DNA of 64,000 nucleotides, taken from contig CAZWJU010000002.1 in assembly GCA_964634365.1 (NCBI GenBank), positions 167,150 through 231,149 on the forward strand, in the 5' to 3' direction. The notes under the pieces were generated by a model. That model searched no databases, was not told the DNA's origin, and worked only from the letters and a program-made list of their open reading frames with translations. Each line of letters begins with the position of its first letter. The first letter of the stretch is position 1. The translations under genes were made by a program, and so were the position numbers. Shown piece by piece: positions 1 through 7,965 of the stretch. The stretch comes from an uncultured Candidatus Saccharibacteria bacterium (GTDB lineage: Bacteria > Patescibacteriota > Minisyncoccia > Phycocordibacterales > UBA9973).

Positions 1-955
1 GCCTATGGTCGCTCGTGCAACCGGCTTGCCCAATAAAAACTTTTCTCACTTCCCCGCTTATGCAGTTTATAGAGAGGCATCGTGTTCCGCACGAAGGTTT
101 TTTACCTGCCATTGTTGTTTGGTCGATAAGATTTTATCTGTGGTTGGAAGACACAGAAATTTCTTATTGGGCTATGGGAGCAGATATCTCCCGTCGCCCT
201 TAATCCCAATAGTCAGCCCATGATAACGTCTTTATGACGGATCAAGGATTGAATCACTTTCCTTGTGGAAAGCTAGCTAGGATTTATAACCTTCTTACCA
301 GATGGCACTGGTCCGCTTCTTTTCCCTATCGAAGGGAGATTACCAGAAATGGCAACCACGCTACTTCCGGTAATCTCACTTCGATTTAAAGGGGATTTAT
401 GATTTCAGACAAATGACACTGGCTAACTCCACAATTAAATTATTTAGTGAGTGCGTGTGTCATTTACCTTCATCAAACTTCTGGAGATAGTATAGCAGAT
501 TCAAATTTATTTGTCAAGTATTTTTGCCTAATTTATAAAAATACTTATATTTACCAATGTTTATTGTGTCATTGTATTATGACATTTATATTTTTATTTT
601 GCTAAATAAAGGTTTTTATTGTCTTATTTGCTTGACAAATGTATTTGTATTTGCTATACTCTTTGCATAATTGTTATTTATGTATGACTAACTGCCACAC
701 TCGCGCTGATTTAGCGCCCGTATCGTTCGACAAAAACGTTAATCCCCGTATCCGAGGAAAAACGTAATGTCCATTCGAAGGCCCTGCAAAAAAGAATGTA
801 AAAATCCAAAAGCAGAGCCGTTGTTGATCTATGGGTGACTAAATTTTTGAGGAGGATACTGAAACCTAAAAGGTCCCTCAGTCCTCCTCACCCCCAGGGG
901 GTTTGGTCTACTCATTCAATGTTTTTTGTAGTCATGCGTGAATACAAAAAACATT

Positions 956-988
956 GAAAAAGCCGCTCAATACGAGCGGTCTTTTTAT
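956..988. terminator. GC hairpin (gccgctc..gagcggt) flanked by A-run/T-run, bidirectional intrinsic terminator just downstream of the minus-strand TrmB-like gene
   Basis: Inverted repeat followed by ctttttattt on plus strand and preceded by gaaaaa; located 14 nt after stop of 1002..1772(-). Confidence 0.5.
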
Positions 989-1001
989 TTGTTGTGATAT
1001 C

Positions 1002-1772
1002 CTACCTATTTTTCTTGTCTTTTTCTTCTGCCTCTATCCCCTTTATAGCTAGTCTAAACAAAGTTTTCATAGTATCTGCAAAATCTTTGCTTTTTATATA
1101 TATAGCCGAAAGACTATTTGACAGTGTGTGTATATGCACCCTATCTGCATACAAACCAATCTCACAAGACACATTGTAGTCTTTTGAATCTAGTCTATAA
1201 CGATTCGATGTATTGTCTGATTGATACACTTCATCTTTTGAAGAGTATATAGAAGTAAGCTTGATATTGTTTTTTATGCGGTTTTCTTTTGCTGCCTGCT
1301 GCTCCTTTTCAGAAAACACATCTTTCACTAGGTCGCGAGGGTATATAAGATAAGCATCTTTGTCTTTGTCACCGGCCTGAAAATAATCCCCGACTGATTT
1401 TAGTATCCCCTCTCTGCCTTCATATATCTTCACAATAGGCTTCTCTCCGGTCTGTATAGAAGCACCTTTTAATCTAGGAATTACTTCGTCGAGCAACTTT
1501 TCTTGCTCCATAAGAGAATTTTGCTTGTTTTTTATAAAAGTAATCAGTCTTTCAGGTGGTTCGGCTTGGTATCTAGCCTTTTTACCACTATCAACCTCAA
1601 TAACAAGGTCTTTTTTGATTAATTGTTCTAAAACTGGGTATATAGTGGTTCTGTTTATGAGTGTTAACTTAGAAAGATCAATAACCGAAGCACTCTCTAC
1701 TGTTAGTAGCTTTTGGTATATTTCAGCTTCTTTTTCGGATAGGCCAATATCTTCTAGAAATTGTTGAATCAT
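1002..1772 (-). CDS. TrmB-family (sugar-specific) transcriptional regulator, N-terminal wHTH
   Basis: N-terminus MIQQFLEDIGLSEKEAEIYQKLL...IDLSKLTLINRTTIYPVLEQLIKKDLV matches TrmB HTH architecture; three paralogous ORFs in window share this N-terminal pattern. Confidence 0.55.
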   Translation of the reverse strand: MIQQFLEDIGLSEKEAEIYQKLLTVESASVIDLSKLTLINRTTIYPVLEQLIKKDLVIEVDSGKKARYQAEPPERLITFIKNKQNSLMEQEKLLDEVIPRLKGASIQTGEKPIVKIYEGREGILKSVGDYFQAGDKDKDAYLIYPRDLVKDVFSEKEQQAAKENRIKNNIKLTSIYSSKDEVYQSDNTSNRYRLDSKDYNVSCEIGLYADRVHIHTLSNSLSAIYIKSKDFADTMKTLFRLAIKGIEAEEKDKKNR

Positions 1773-1936
1773 GTTAATAAAATTGTATCACAATATGATG
1801 TTTTTCTTAAAAACCCTTTGCCTATTGCACATTTTTGGGGGTTGGCTATACTTAATTCAAGCGTATAAAGACCCCTCATGGAAAAGGGGTCGTAAAGCGG
1901 GTCGTATTACCACTTAGTTACCACTACAAACTAAAT

Positions 1937-2209
1937 ATGAATAAACAAGCTCTAGTAGAATGGGTTCACGGAAAAATCGGAGGCACAAAAGTGCAAGCTG
2001 AAGAAATCGTGGACGGATTGATAGATGCAATCATCGGTACTTTGAAAAAAGGCGGTGAAGTTTCAATAGCAGGTTTGGGTATTTTCTCAGTTAAAGATCG
2101 TGCAGCTCGTATGGCTCGCAATCCAAAAACTGGAGAACAAGTGAAGGTAGCTGCAACACGTGTTCCAAAATTCCGTGCTGCAAAAGCTTTCAAAGACGCA
2201 GTTAAATAA
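1937..2209 (+). CDS. hup: HU family nucleoid DNA-binding protein
   Basis: 90 aa; MNKQALVE...[41 protein letters not shown] is the classic HU/IHF fold signature. Confidence 0.85.
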   Translation: [90 protein letters not shown]

Positions 2210-2213
2210 TTTT

Positions 2214-2335
2214 CCCCTGCCTGCCGGCAGGCAGGTCTCGAAATTATATATGTATATAAAAAGAAAAACTCGGTCCTATCCCCGAGTTTTTCTTTTTATA
2301 AAAAAACCTCTGGATTACCAGAGGTTTTTATTTTA
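2214..2335 (+). terminator. Three consecutive hairpins after hup: a GC palindrome (cctgcctgccggcaggcagg) and two T-tailed hairpins at 2265-2292 and 2305-2333
   Basis: Perfect inverted repeats each followed by T-runs immediately after the hup stop codon. Confidence 0.6.
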
Positions 2336-2555
2336 TTTTCCGATATTTTTTTGTGACTCTCTTACTTCTGGAGAAGGTTTTTGAGAAAACTTTTCTCTCT
2401 CTTCCCCTTCTGTCTTTATTTTTGTAACAGGTCTACCTGCTTTTTCAAATTCTTCTTGGCCTTTACTCAAAGTATTAAATAAAGAAAAGTACTTTCTATC
2501 CATATTTTGAATTATACACCCAAAAGAAAATCCACCATTTTAAATGGTGGATAAT

Positions 2556-3542
2556 TCAATAGCCAATATCTTCGTATAAAGTAGAGAAGACAACAGAATA
2601 GAACATCTGTTTATACGATCCCCCTAGTTCCAAATGAGCCTCTCGCTCGAACGAGCCTCTTCTGATGTATTCCAATCCATATGCATCACTCCAGGTCTGA
2701 TTGTCAGCATAAGACAAGAAAGATCGTAACGACACAAGCCTAGAGTTGAACATTCCATATATATATTTTGACAGAGAAGTTGCGGGTTTATCCTTGAACT
2801 GCTTTGCATGCCCTAGCTCTTCTAAAAAAAGATCAGGATTCCATGTATAACAATAATATCTATTGTTTTTCAAAGAATCTGTATTCCTTTCAAGTAATTT
2901 AGCTAAAAATATTCTATTGTTTAGTGGATCGTAGAAAGCATCGGCGTATTGCATTGGAAAAGAGTTTGAATTTGGGCAGTATTTCAATTTTGGCGCACCA
3001 AGTGAGAGATATACCTTCCATATGGTTTGATAGGTTGCTGTACTATTCAGACTATCTGGAGCAAAGTAAAATCTTTTTTCTATATCAATACCTTTACCCA
3101 GAAGATGTATATCAAATTCTTGATATGACATAGATTCAATTTCTTCTATAACACTTTGTACACTGTCTCTTATAGAAACTCTAGTACGAAAAGCTGTTTC
3201 AAGTCTACTTAATGTATCTTGATAAAATTGCATCACTTTCCACTCTCTGCTTATATCCTCTTTTCCAGCATAATAATTTACAATCATATCTGTTTCTTTG
3301 TCGCCACTTGTATAATTTGAAGCGTCTGGGGAAAGCAAGCTAAATGTTTCAACAGATAAATCATACTCCCCTCTCTCAAACAAAAAACCATACAAGGCGA
3401 TCGAGATCCAAACCGCAAAAAATAATGCAGTGAAGACTAGCGACGTACGCCAAAAGATTCTATAAATCCTGTTGGCTAGAGCACTCCAAAAAAGTAATTT
3501 CGGGAAATTAGATTTATAATTCCAAAAGCTTTTATATTCCAT
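2556..3542 (-). CDS. Hypothetical membrane-anchored protein (N-terminal TM helix, large extracytoplasmic domain)
   Basis: 328-aa ORF, hydrophobic N-terminal segment LVFTALFFAVWISIALYGFLF; terminator hairpin (atccaccatttaaaatggtggat) right after stop at 2529-2555; no family recognised. Confidence 0.45.
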   Translation of the reverse strand: MEYKSFWNYKSNFPKLLFWSALANRIYRIFWRTSLVFTALFFAVWISIALYGFLFERGEYDLSVETFSLLSPDASNYTSGDKETDMIVNYYAGKEDISREWKVMQFYQDTLSRLETAFRTRVSIRDSVQSVIEEIESMSYQEFDIHLLGKGIDIEKRFYFAPDSLNSTATYQTIWKVYLSLGAPKLKYCPNSNSFPMQYADAFYDPLNNRIFLAKLLERNTDSLKNNRYYCYTWNPDLFLEELGHAKQFKDKPATSLSKYIYGMFNSRLVSLRSFLSYADNQTWSDAYGLEYIRRGSFEREAHLELGGSYKQMFYSVVFSTLYEDIGY

Positions 3543-3622
3543 CGAACAAGTATTTGATTCTTTTTACTCCTATAAAAAGAAAATTGCAAGCAATAAAAAA
3601 ACCACTTTTGTAAGTGGTTTTT

Positions 3623-3979
3623 TTATTTATTTTCGTTCGGATTGTGTGGCGGGTTTGAGTTTGGCTCTTTACTTTGTTCCCCGGGGATAATTCTTTGATC
3701 ATCTTCTTTTGGATTACCCTCTGGGTCAATTTCTTCTGGAAAATCTTCTTCTGGATTTTCTTGTTCAATTTTCTTTTTTTCTTCCAAAAGTCTTTTCTTT
3801 ATATTTAAAATAGATTCTTGTTCTTTTTGAAAATCACCTCTTGGTTTATCACGCCGAGCATTGAAAAGCTCTTCTCCTTCTGGAGGATTTTCTGGCTTAA
3901 AATCACTTCGATTCTTTATACCTTTATCTTTATCATCTCCCCCATTTCTCCAAGGCGGAATCCACTCTTTAAAATTCAT
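3623..3979 (-). CDS. Hypothetical low-complexity charged protein (K/E/D/P-rich)
   Basis: 118-aa ORF followed by intrinsic terminator at 3598-3622 (aaccacttttgtaagtggtt); overlapping 78-aa ORF in other frame judged less likely. Confidence 0.35.
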   Translation of the reverse strand: MNFKEWIPPWRNGGDDKDKGIKNRSDFKPENPPEGEELFNARRDKPRGDFQKEQESILNIKKRLLEEKKKIEQENPEEDFPEEIDPEGNPKEDDQRIIPGEQSKEPNSNPPHNPNENK

Positions 3980-4058
3980 AAATAGATTATATCAGAAAAA
4001 TGAATAATCGCTTTTTCGCAAATACCATTTGGGTATTTGGATATATTTTTAATGCTGG

Positions 4059-4253
4059 GTCGGGGTGCCGGGTGAGCCGTGTGAGGGAACCCTGTGGGTG
4101 GACGGCGCAAGACCTTTTGAGATATCTTTACGAATATTTGAAGTAAAGTATCCAAAAGGTGTACAGGTTCTGTAAGAACTCGAACCCAGAGTCGCCTCTA
4201 TAATGATCCTCGAATACCGTTTATATACCTGGAGGTTGTTCTTAAAAGTTTTG
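4059..4253 (-). repeat. tRNA-Pro trailer element: degenerate direct copy of tRNA-Pro 3' half (aggcgactctgggttcgagttc) plus exact 14-nt copy of the tRNA 3' end (gtcggggtgccggg at 4059-4072), with a 70% GC segment in between
   Basis: Direct sequence comparison with tRNA-Pro at 4254-4326; spurious 114-aa ORF 4049..4393 overlies it. Confidence 0.6.
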
Positions 4254-4326
4254 TCGGGGTGCCGGGATTCGAACCCGGAGTCGCCTGTTCCCAAAACAGG
4301 AATGTTAGCCGTTACACTACACCCCG
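4254..4326 (-). tRNA. tRNA-Pro (anticodon TGG), no encoded CCA
   Basis: Reverse complement folds as cggggtg/caccccg acceptor, anticodon stem cctgt/acagg with loop tttggga, T-arm ccggg-ttcgaat-cccgg; 73 nt. Confidence 0.8.
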
Positions 4327-4418
4327 ACAAAACTTTCAAAATACATAACTTACACAAAACTAGCTTGTAGGGCTCAGTATAGCCGAGATACATATAATCT
4401 TCAAGTTTTTTATAAATT

Positions 4419-4595
4419 GTGCGGGATAGGAGAATCGGTCACAAATAATTTTTATTACATAAAATTTTCGCGACCCCGACTCAGCGACAAGCACTCGCTT
4501 CGCTCGTCTTGTATACCGCCTCCGTCTTTCGATTCCCCTACCGCACTAAAACACAAAAGCCCGAACACTAACATGTCCGAACTTTGTGTTTTATG
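4419..4595 (-). repeat. tRNA-Gly(GCC) trailer element: hairpin, inverted tRNA-3'-like fragment (gtctttcgattcccctaccgcac on plus strand at 4520-4545), GAGTCGGGGTCGC core (plus strand 4470-4484 as reverse complement), ending in a 19-nt direct copy of the tRNA 3' end (4419-4437)
   Basis: gtgcgggataggagaatcg occurs at 4419-4437 and again as the genuine tRNA 3' end at 4596-4614. Confidence 0.6.
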
Positions 4596-4666
4596 TGCGG
4601 GATAGGAGAATCGAACTCCTGTCTCATCCTTGGCAAGGACGTGTTCTACCACTAAACCAATCCCGC
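4596..4666 (-). tRNA. tRNA-Gly (anticodon GCC), no encoded CCA
   Basis: Reverse complement: gcgggat acceptor, anticodon loop ttgccaa, T-arm ggagttcgattctcc, 3' atcccgc + discriminator A. Confidence 0.75.
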
Positions 4667-4715
4667 ATATTCTTTGTACCTTGCGATATTAACATTGAAA
4701 TCGATTTTGTGCAAA

Positions 4716-4746
4716 AGAAAAACCCTGAAAATCAGGGTTTAGTTTT
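4716..4746. terminator. Intrinsic terminator hairpin aaaccctga-aaa-tcagggttt with flanking T-run
   Basis: Perfect 9-bp inverted repeat, immediately 3' of 4748..5170(-). Confidence 0.6.
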
Positions 4747-4747
4747 T

Positions 4748-5170
4748 TTAGGCGAAGGCCTCTTCGTTTGCGAGCATAAAGAGCCTCTCTACCCACTCGG
4801 TGTATTTACCGAGTATAAAAAAGGTCAGGAGCGCAAGCACGAGCTCGATTGCCACACACTGCGTGTGTGGAAGCATTTCACGCTTGTACTTGGATGTAAG
4901 CTCTGAGCGAATGTTTGCTGCAACCTCACAAAGAGGATTATTTTCCCTTCTGTGCATTACTGCGCTCACAGCTTTTGAAAAATGAAACGAATAGTGAAAA
5001 TCGTTTTTAGAAACCCCCTCCAGAGCTTCTTCAATCCCCTTGGCCAAGGCTTTAAATTCCTTGTCATGATTTGCATCGCCAAGATTTTTGATTTCAACGA
5101 TTTTGTTTATCAGAAACGTCGTGAGCTCCTGAAAATGCCGTTTCCCGGCTTCTTGTTTTTCTACTCGCAT
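4748..5170 (-). CDS. Hypothetical protein
   Basis: 140-aa ORF with terminator right after stop; no recognisable family. Confidence 0.4.
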   Translation of the reverse strand: MRVEKQEAGKRHFQELTTFLINKIVEIKNLGDANHDKEFKALAKGIEEALEGVSKNDFHYSFHFSKAVSAVMHRRENNPLCEVAANIRSELTSKYKREMLPHTQCVAIELVLALLTFFILGKYTEWVERLFMLANEEAFA

Positions 5171-5273
5171 AAAGTGGTTTTGGGTTATTTAATTTGTTTA
5201 AAGAACATATAAAATATTACACCTGTGTTTTTATTTTGACAAGTATTTTTATTTGTTGAGTTTTGTAAAATAG

Positions 5274-5648
5274 CTAAATTATATTTTCAATAACCTTAAC
5301 TTTGGCTTTTTTGTTTACATTATCCAAAAGGACACATACCAAGTCTATTTGCCACTCTATGTCCTTTATATTCTTCTCATGTAAATATGTTGATATTGTC
5401 CTTTGTAATTTGACCAATTTAAATTGATTCATGTTTTCTTCTGGTCTTATTGTAGAATTGAAGCTCATAGACTTAACTTCTATAAAATAAATCGCTTTAT
5501 TCTTTTTTGCGATAATATCTATTTCGCCAAGTCTTCTTGTGTAATTTCTTTCAATTATTTCAAAACCATGTTTCATGAGAAACATACAAGCGATCTCCTC
5601 GCCCAATTCTCCTTTCTTTTGAGATTTTGAAGTAAAAACCTTAGGCAT
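5274..5648 (-). CDS. yraN: YraN-family (UPF0102) predicted endonuclease
   Basis: GELGEEIACMFLMKHGFEIIERNYTRRLGEIDIIAKKNKAIYFIEVKS matches the YraN core (G.E.A...L...G..I..RN....GEID.IA.....F.EVK). Confidence 0.7.
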   Translation of the reverse strand: MPKVFTSKSQKKGELGEEIACMFLMKHGFEIIERNYTRRLGEIDIIAKKNKAIYFIEVKSMSFNSTIRPEENMNQFKLVKLQRTISTYLHEKNIKDIEWQIDLVCVLLDNVNKKAKVKVIENII

Positions 5649-5768
5649 GTTTCATATGAAACTAATAATTTATGTAAAAATGATTATATTTTAGTTACAC
5701 GTGCAACTTTTCTAATAAAAAACCACTTGTTTCATGTGTAACTATTTAAATATGTTTCACGTGAAACA
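5647..5768. promoter_or_regulatory. Array of four related palindromic sites (half-site GTTTCA / GTTACA): gtttcatatgaaac, gttacacgtgcaac, gtttcatgtgtaac, atgtttcacgtgaaacat; the first overlaps the yraN start codon
   Basis: Perfect 14-bp and 18-bp palindromes read directly; spacing about 40, 35 and 25 bp in the AT-rich leader between yraN and the tRNA cluster. Confidence 0.45.
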
Positions 5769-5992
5769 TATTTTTATATAGGACATGAGTTTTCCACCTA
5801 AAAACTACTAAAATTCTACAAACCATTGAAAAATAAGGATATTTTATTGAAAAAAGACTGTGGATAAATACACAACTTGATGTCCTTTATAAACAATATA
5901 CACGCCTTTATCCACATATCATTGAAAAATAAAGTTTTTTTGTGTATAAAAGGACATTTAAACCTGCTGAACAACAGATACTTTACCTAAAT

Positions 5993-6117
5993 GTGCATCC
6001 GGAGGGATTCGAATATTACATATTCAGGTATTTTTCGCTTTTGTTGCACAAAAGATCGAAAAATCTTTCGAATACCCCCCCCCGCAAGCAAAGAAGTTTG
6101 CTTGCTCGTATGCACCA
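5993..6117 (-). pseudogene. Interrupted tRNA-like locus: 3' end shares ccggagggattcgaa with the neighbouring tRNA-Arg; T-loop appears split by a ~62-nt insertion with duplicated tattcgaa, preceded by a run of 9 G and a gcaagca/tgcttgc stem
   Basis: Reverse complement ...gcggggggggg tattcgaa agattttt...atgtaata ttcgaatccctccggatgcac; acceptor pairs gcatacg/cggatgc with one mismatch. Either an intron-containing tRNA or a decayed duplicate. Confidence 0.3.
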
Positions 6118-6120
6118 ATG

Positions 6121-6192
6121 TGCACCCGGAGGGATTCGAACCCCCAACAACGGTTCCGAAGACCGGTATGATATCCATTTCACTACGGGTGC
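6121..6192 (-). tRNA. tRNA-Arg (anticodon TCG read from loop cttcgga), no encoded CCA
   Basis: Reverse complement gcacccg-ta-gtga..tcat-a-ccggt-cttcgga-accgt-tgtt-ggggg-ttcgaat-ccctc-cgggtgc-a; 72 nt; one 27-43 mismatch. Confidence 0.6.
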
Positions 6193-6270
6193 AGTAAAAT
6201 CAGTATAAGCTTTATATAATAAATTGCAAAATAAGGTTTTCCTGATATAATCCATTTTATATTAATAATC

Positions 6271-6341
6271 GCGGGATTAGTTAAATGGTATAACTTCAGT
6301 TTTCCAAACTGAAATCAAGGGTTCGATTCCCTTATCCCGCA
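6271..6341 (+). tRNA. tRNA-Gly (anticodon TCC; alternative register would give CCA), no encoded CCA
   Basis: gcgggat-ta-gtta-aatggta-taac-t-tcagt-tttccaa-actga-aatc-aaggg-ttcgatt-ccctt-atcccgc-a; shares acceptor stem with tRNA-Gly(GCC). Confidence 0.65.
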
Positions 6342-6470
6342 CAAATAATTTTATAGGGATAGTGAGCAAACTGCTTTGCTCACGGAAGGGAATCGAAAGA
6401 CTTTTCCATACAAGCGAAGCGAGACGGAAAAGTACCTGGCTATGTAATAGCCGATTCCCTTATCCCGCAC
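6342..6470 (+). repeat. tRNA-Gly(TCC) trailer element: inverted partial copy of the tRNA 3' end with embedded hairpin (gtgagcaaaCTGCtttgctcac), GCGAAGCGAG motif, ending with a 20-nt direct copy of the tRNA 3' end (6451-6470) 10 nt upstream of the cca start
   Basis: ccgattcccttatcccgcac at 6451-6470 versus tRNA 3' end ttcgattcccttatcccgcac at 6321-6341; gggaatcgaaagac and atacaagcgaagcgag shared with the Gly(GCC) trailer. Confidence 0.6.
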
Positions 6471-6480
6471 AAAATGCTCT

Positions 6481-7959
6481 ATGAGCAAAACACACGAAAT
6501 TAAAAAAGAATCCATACCTACTGAGATATTGGATATATTGAAAACTCTTGAAAGTTCTGGGTTTGAGGCTTTTATCGTAGGTGGCTGTGTTCGTGACTTA
6601 CTACTAAATCGTAAACCAAAAGATTGGGATATAACAACAAATGCAATACCAGAAGAAATAATACCTTTGTATGAAAAAACAGTTTACGAAAATACCTTTG
6701 GTACCGTTGCTGTAATACTAGAAGATAGTGAAGATAAAACACTTAGACAAATAGAGATAACTCCTTATAGAACAGAAGGGAAGTATTCTGACAAAAGACA
6801 CCCGGATACAGTGTCCTTTAGTAAAGATATAAAAGATGATTTAGCCAGAAGAGACTTTACGGTAAATGCTCTTGCCTACAACCCCTCTAGAAGTCAATTA
6901 ATTGACCTTTTTGAGGGTATAAAGGACATAGAGGTCAAAACTATAAGGACAGTCGGCAATCCTTCTGACAGGTTCTCTGAAGACGCTTTACGCATGATCA
7001 GGGCGATTCGTTTTTCTTGTGAACTTGGTTTTGCTGTGGATAACGAAACACTTCAGGCAATTGTGGAAAACGCACAAAATATTTCAGAAATTTCTACAGA
7101 AAGAATTAGAGACGAATTTGTAAAAATAATAATGTCCAAAGAGCCGGTGATAGGTGTTGCTATGCTCCAAAAAACTGGGATGCTTAAATACATAATCCCA
7201 GAACTAGAAGAGGGTATAGGGTGTGAACAGGGAGGTGCGCACAAATACAATGTATATGAGCACTTACTCCAGGCACTCCAACACTCTGCTGACAAAAACT
7301 GGCCACTAGAGATCAGACTCTCAGCGCTCTTTCACGATATCGGTAAGCCAAAAACTCGAAGAAAGGGAGTCAAGAAGGCGTATACATTCTATGGGCACGA
7401 AGTTGTTGGAGCAAGGATGGTTAAGGTGATTATGGAGAGACTAAAGTTCCCGAAAGATACAAGCGAGCTAGTGACAAAGCTAGTAAGACAACACATGTTC
7501 TTCTCTGACACAGAACAAATATCACTTTCTGCTGTACGAAGAATTGTGCGGAATGTAGGAGTGGAAAATATTTGGACACTTATGAATGTGCGTGAGTGTG
7601 ATCGTGTGGGAATGGCAAAAGTAGAAGCTCCATATCGATTGCGTAAATATCATGCAATGATCGAGGAGGTTCTGCGTGATCCGATATCTGTTTCGCAACT
7701 TGTGGTAGATGGAAATATTTTGATGGGTGAACTCAATGTGAAGCCCGGACCTCGCATGGGCTGGATACTAAACTCACTTCTAGAAGAAGTGCTCGATGAC
7801 CCAGCAAAAAATACTCGCGAGTATCTGGATAAAAGAGTAGGGGAACTGAACGAGTTGGAAGATAAAAGTTTGAAATTGTTAGCTGACAAAGCTAAGCAAA
7901 CAAAAGATGAACTAGAGGAAAAAGAGATCGAGGAATTACACAAGAAGCATAGAGTATAA
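6481..7959 (+). CDS. cca: CCA-adding tRNA nucleotidyltransferase (class II pol-beta NTase + HD domain)
   Basis: N-terminal GGCVRDLLL..KDWDITT nucleotidyltransferase motif, RDFTVNA, C-terminal HD (FHDIGKP); needed because none of the tRNA genes encode CCA. Confidence 0.8.
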   Translation: MSKTHEIKKESIPTEILDILKTLESSGFEAFIVGGCVRDLLLNRKPKDWDITTNAIPEEIIPLYEKTVYENTFGTVAVILEDSEDKTLRQIEITPYRTEGKYSDKRHPDTVSFSKDIKDDLARRDFTVNALAYNPSRSQLIDLFEGIKDIEVKTIRTVGNPSDRFSEDALRMIRAIRFSCELGFAVDNETLQAIVENAQNISEISTERIRDEFVKIIMSKEPVIGVAMLQKTGMLKYIIPELEEGIGCEQGGAHKYNVYEHLLQALQHSADKNWPLEIRLSALFHDIGKPKTRRKGVKKAYTFYGHEVVGARMVKVIMERLKFPKDTSELVTKLVRQHMFFSDTEQISLSAVRRIVRNVGVENIWTLMNVRECDRVGMAKVEAPYRLRKYHAMIEEVLRDPISVSQLVVDGNILMGELNVKPGPRMGWILNSLLEEVLDDPAKNTREYLDKRVGELNELEDKSLKLLADKAKQTKDELEEKEIEELHKKHRV

Positions 7960-7965
7960 AATAAA

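Noticed and set aside
5-223. 72-aa and 62-aa overlapping ORFs at window start
   Set aside because: They are short, mutually overlapping, and sit in a GC-rich hairpin-rich tract. Structured RNA is more likely.
3532-3768. 78-aa K-rich ORF overlapping 3623..3979
   Set aside because: A low-complexity lysine-rich frame produced by an A-rich strand. It is mutually exclusive with the longer ORF that ends precisely at a terminator.
4049-4393. 114-aa ORF on minus strand
   Set aside because: It lies entirely over tRNA-Pro and its GC-rich trailer. It is a composition artefact of the RNA genes.
4417-4652. 62-aa and 65-aa ORFs
   Set aside because: They overlap tRNA-Gly(GCC) and its trailer repeat. There is no coding signal.
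5942-6255. Four small ORFs (63-88 aa)
   Set aside because: They overlap tRNA-Arg(TCG) and the interrupted tRNA-like locus.
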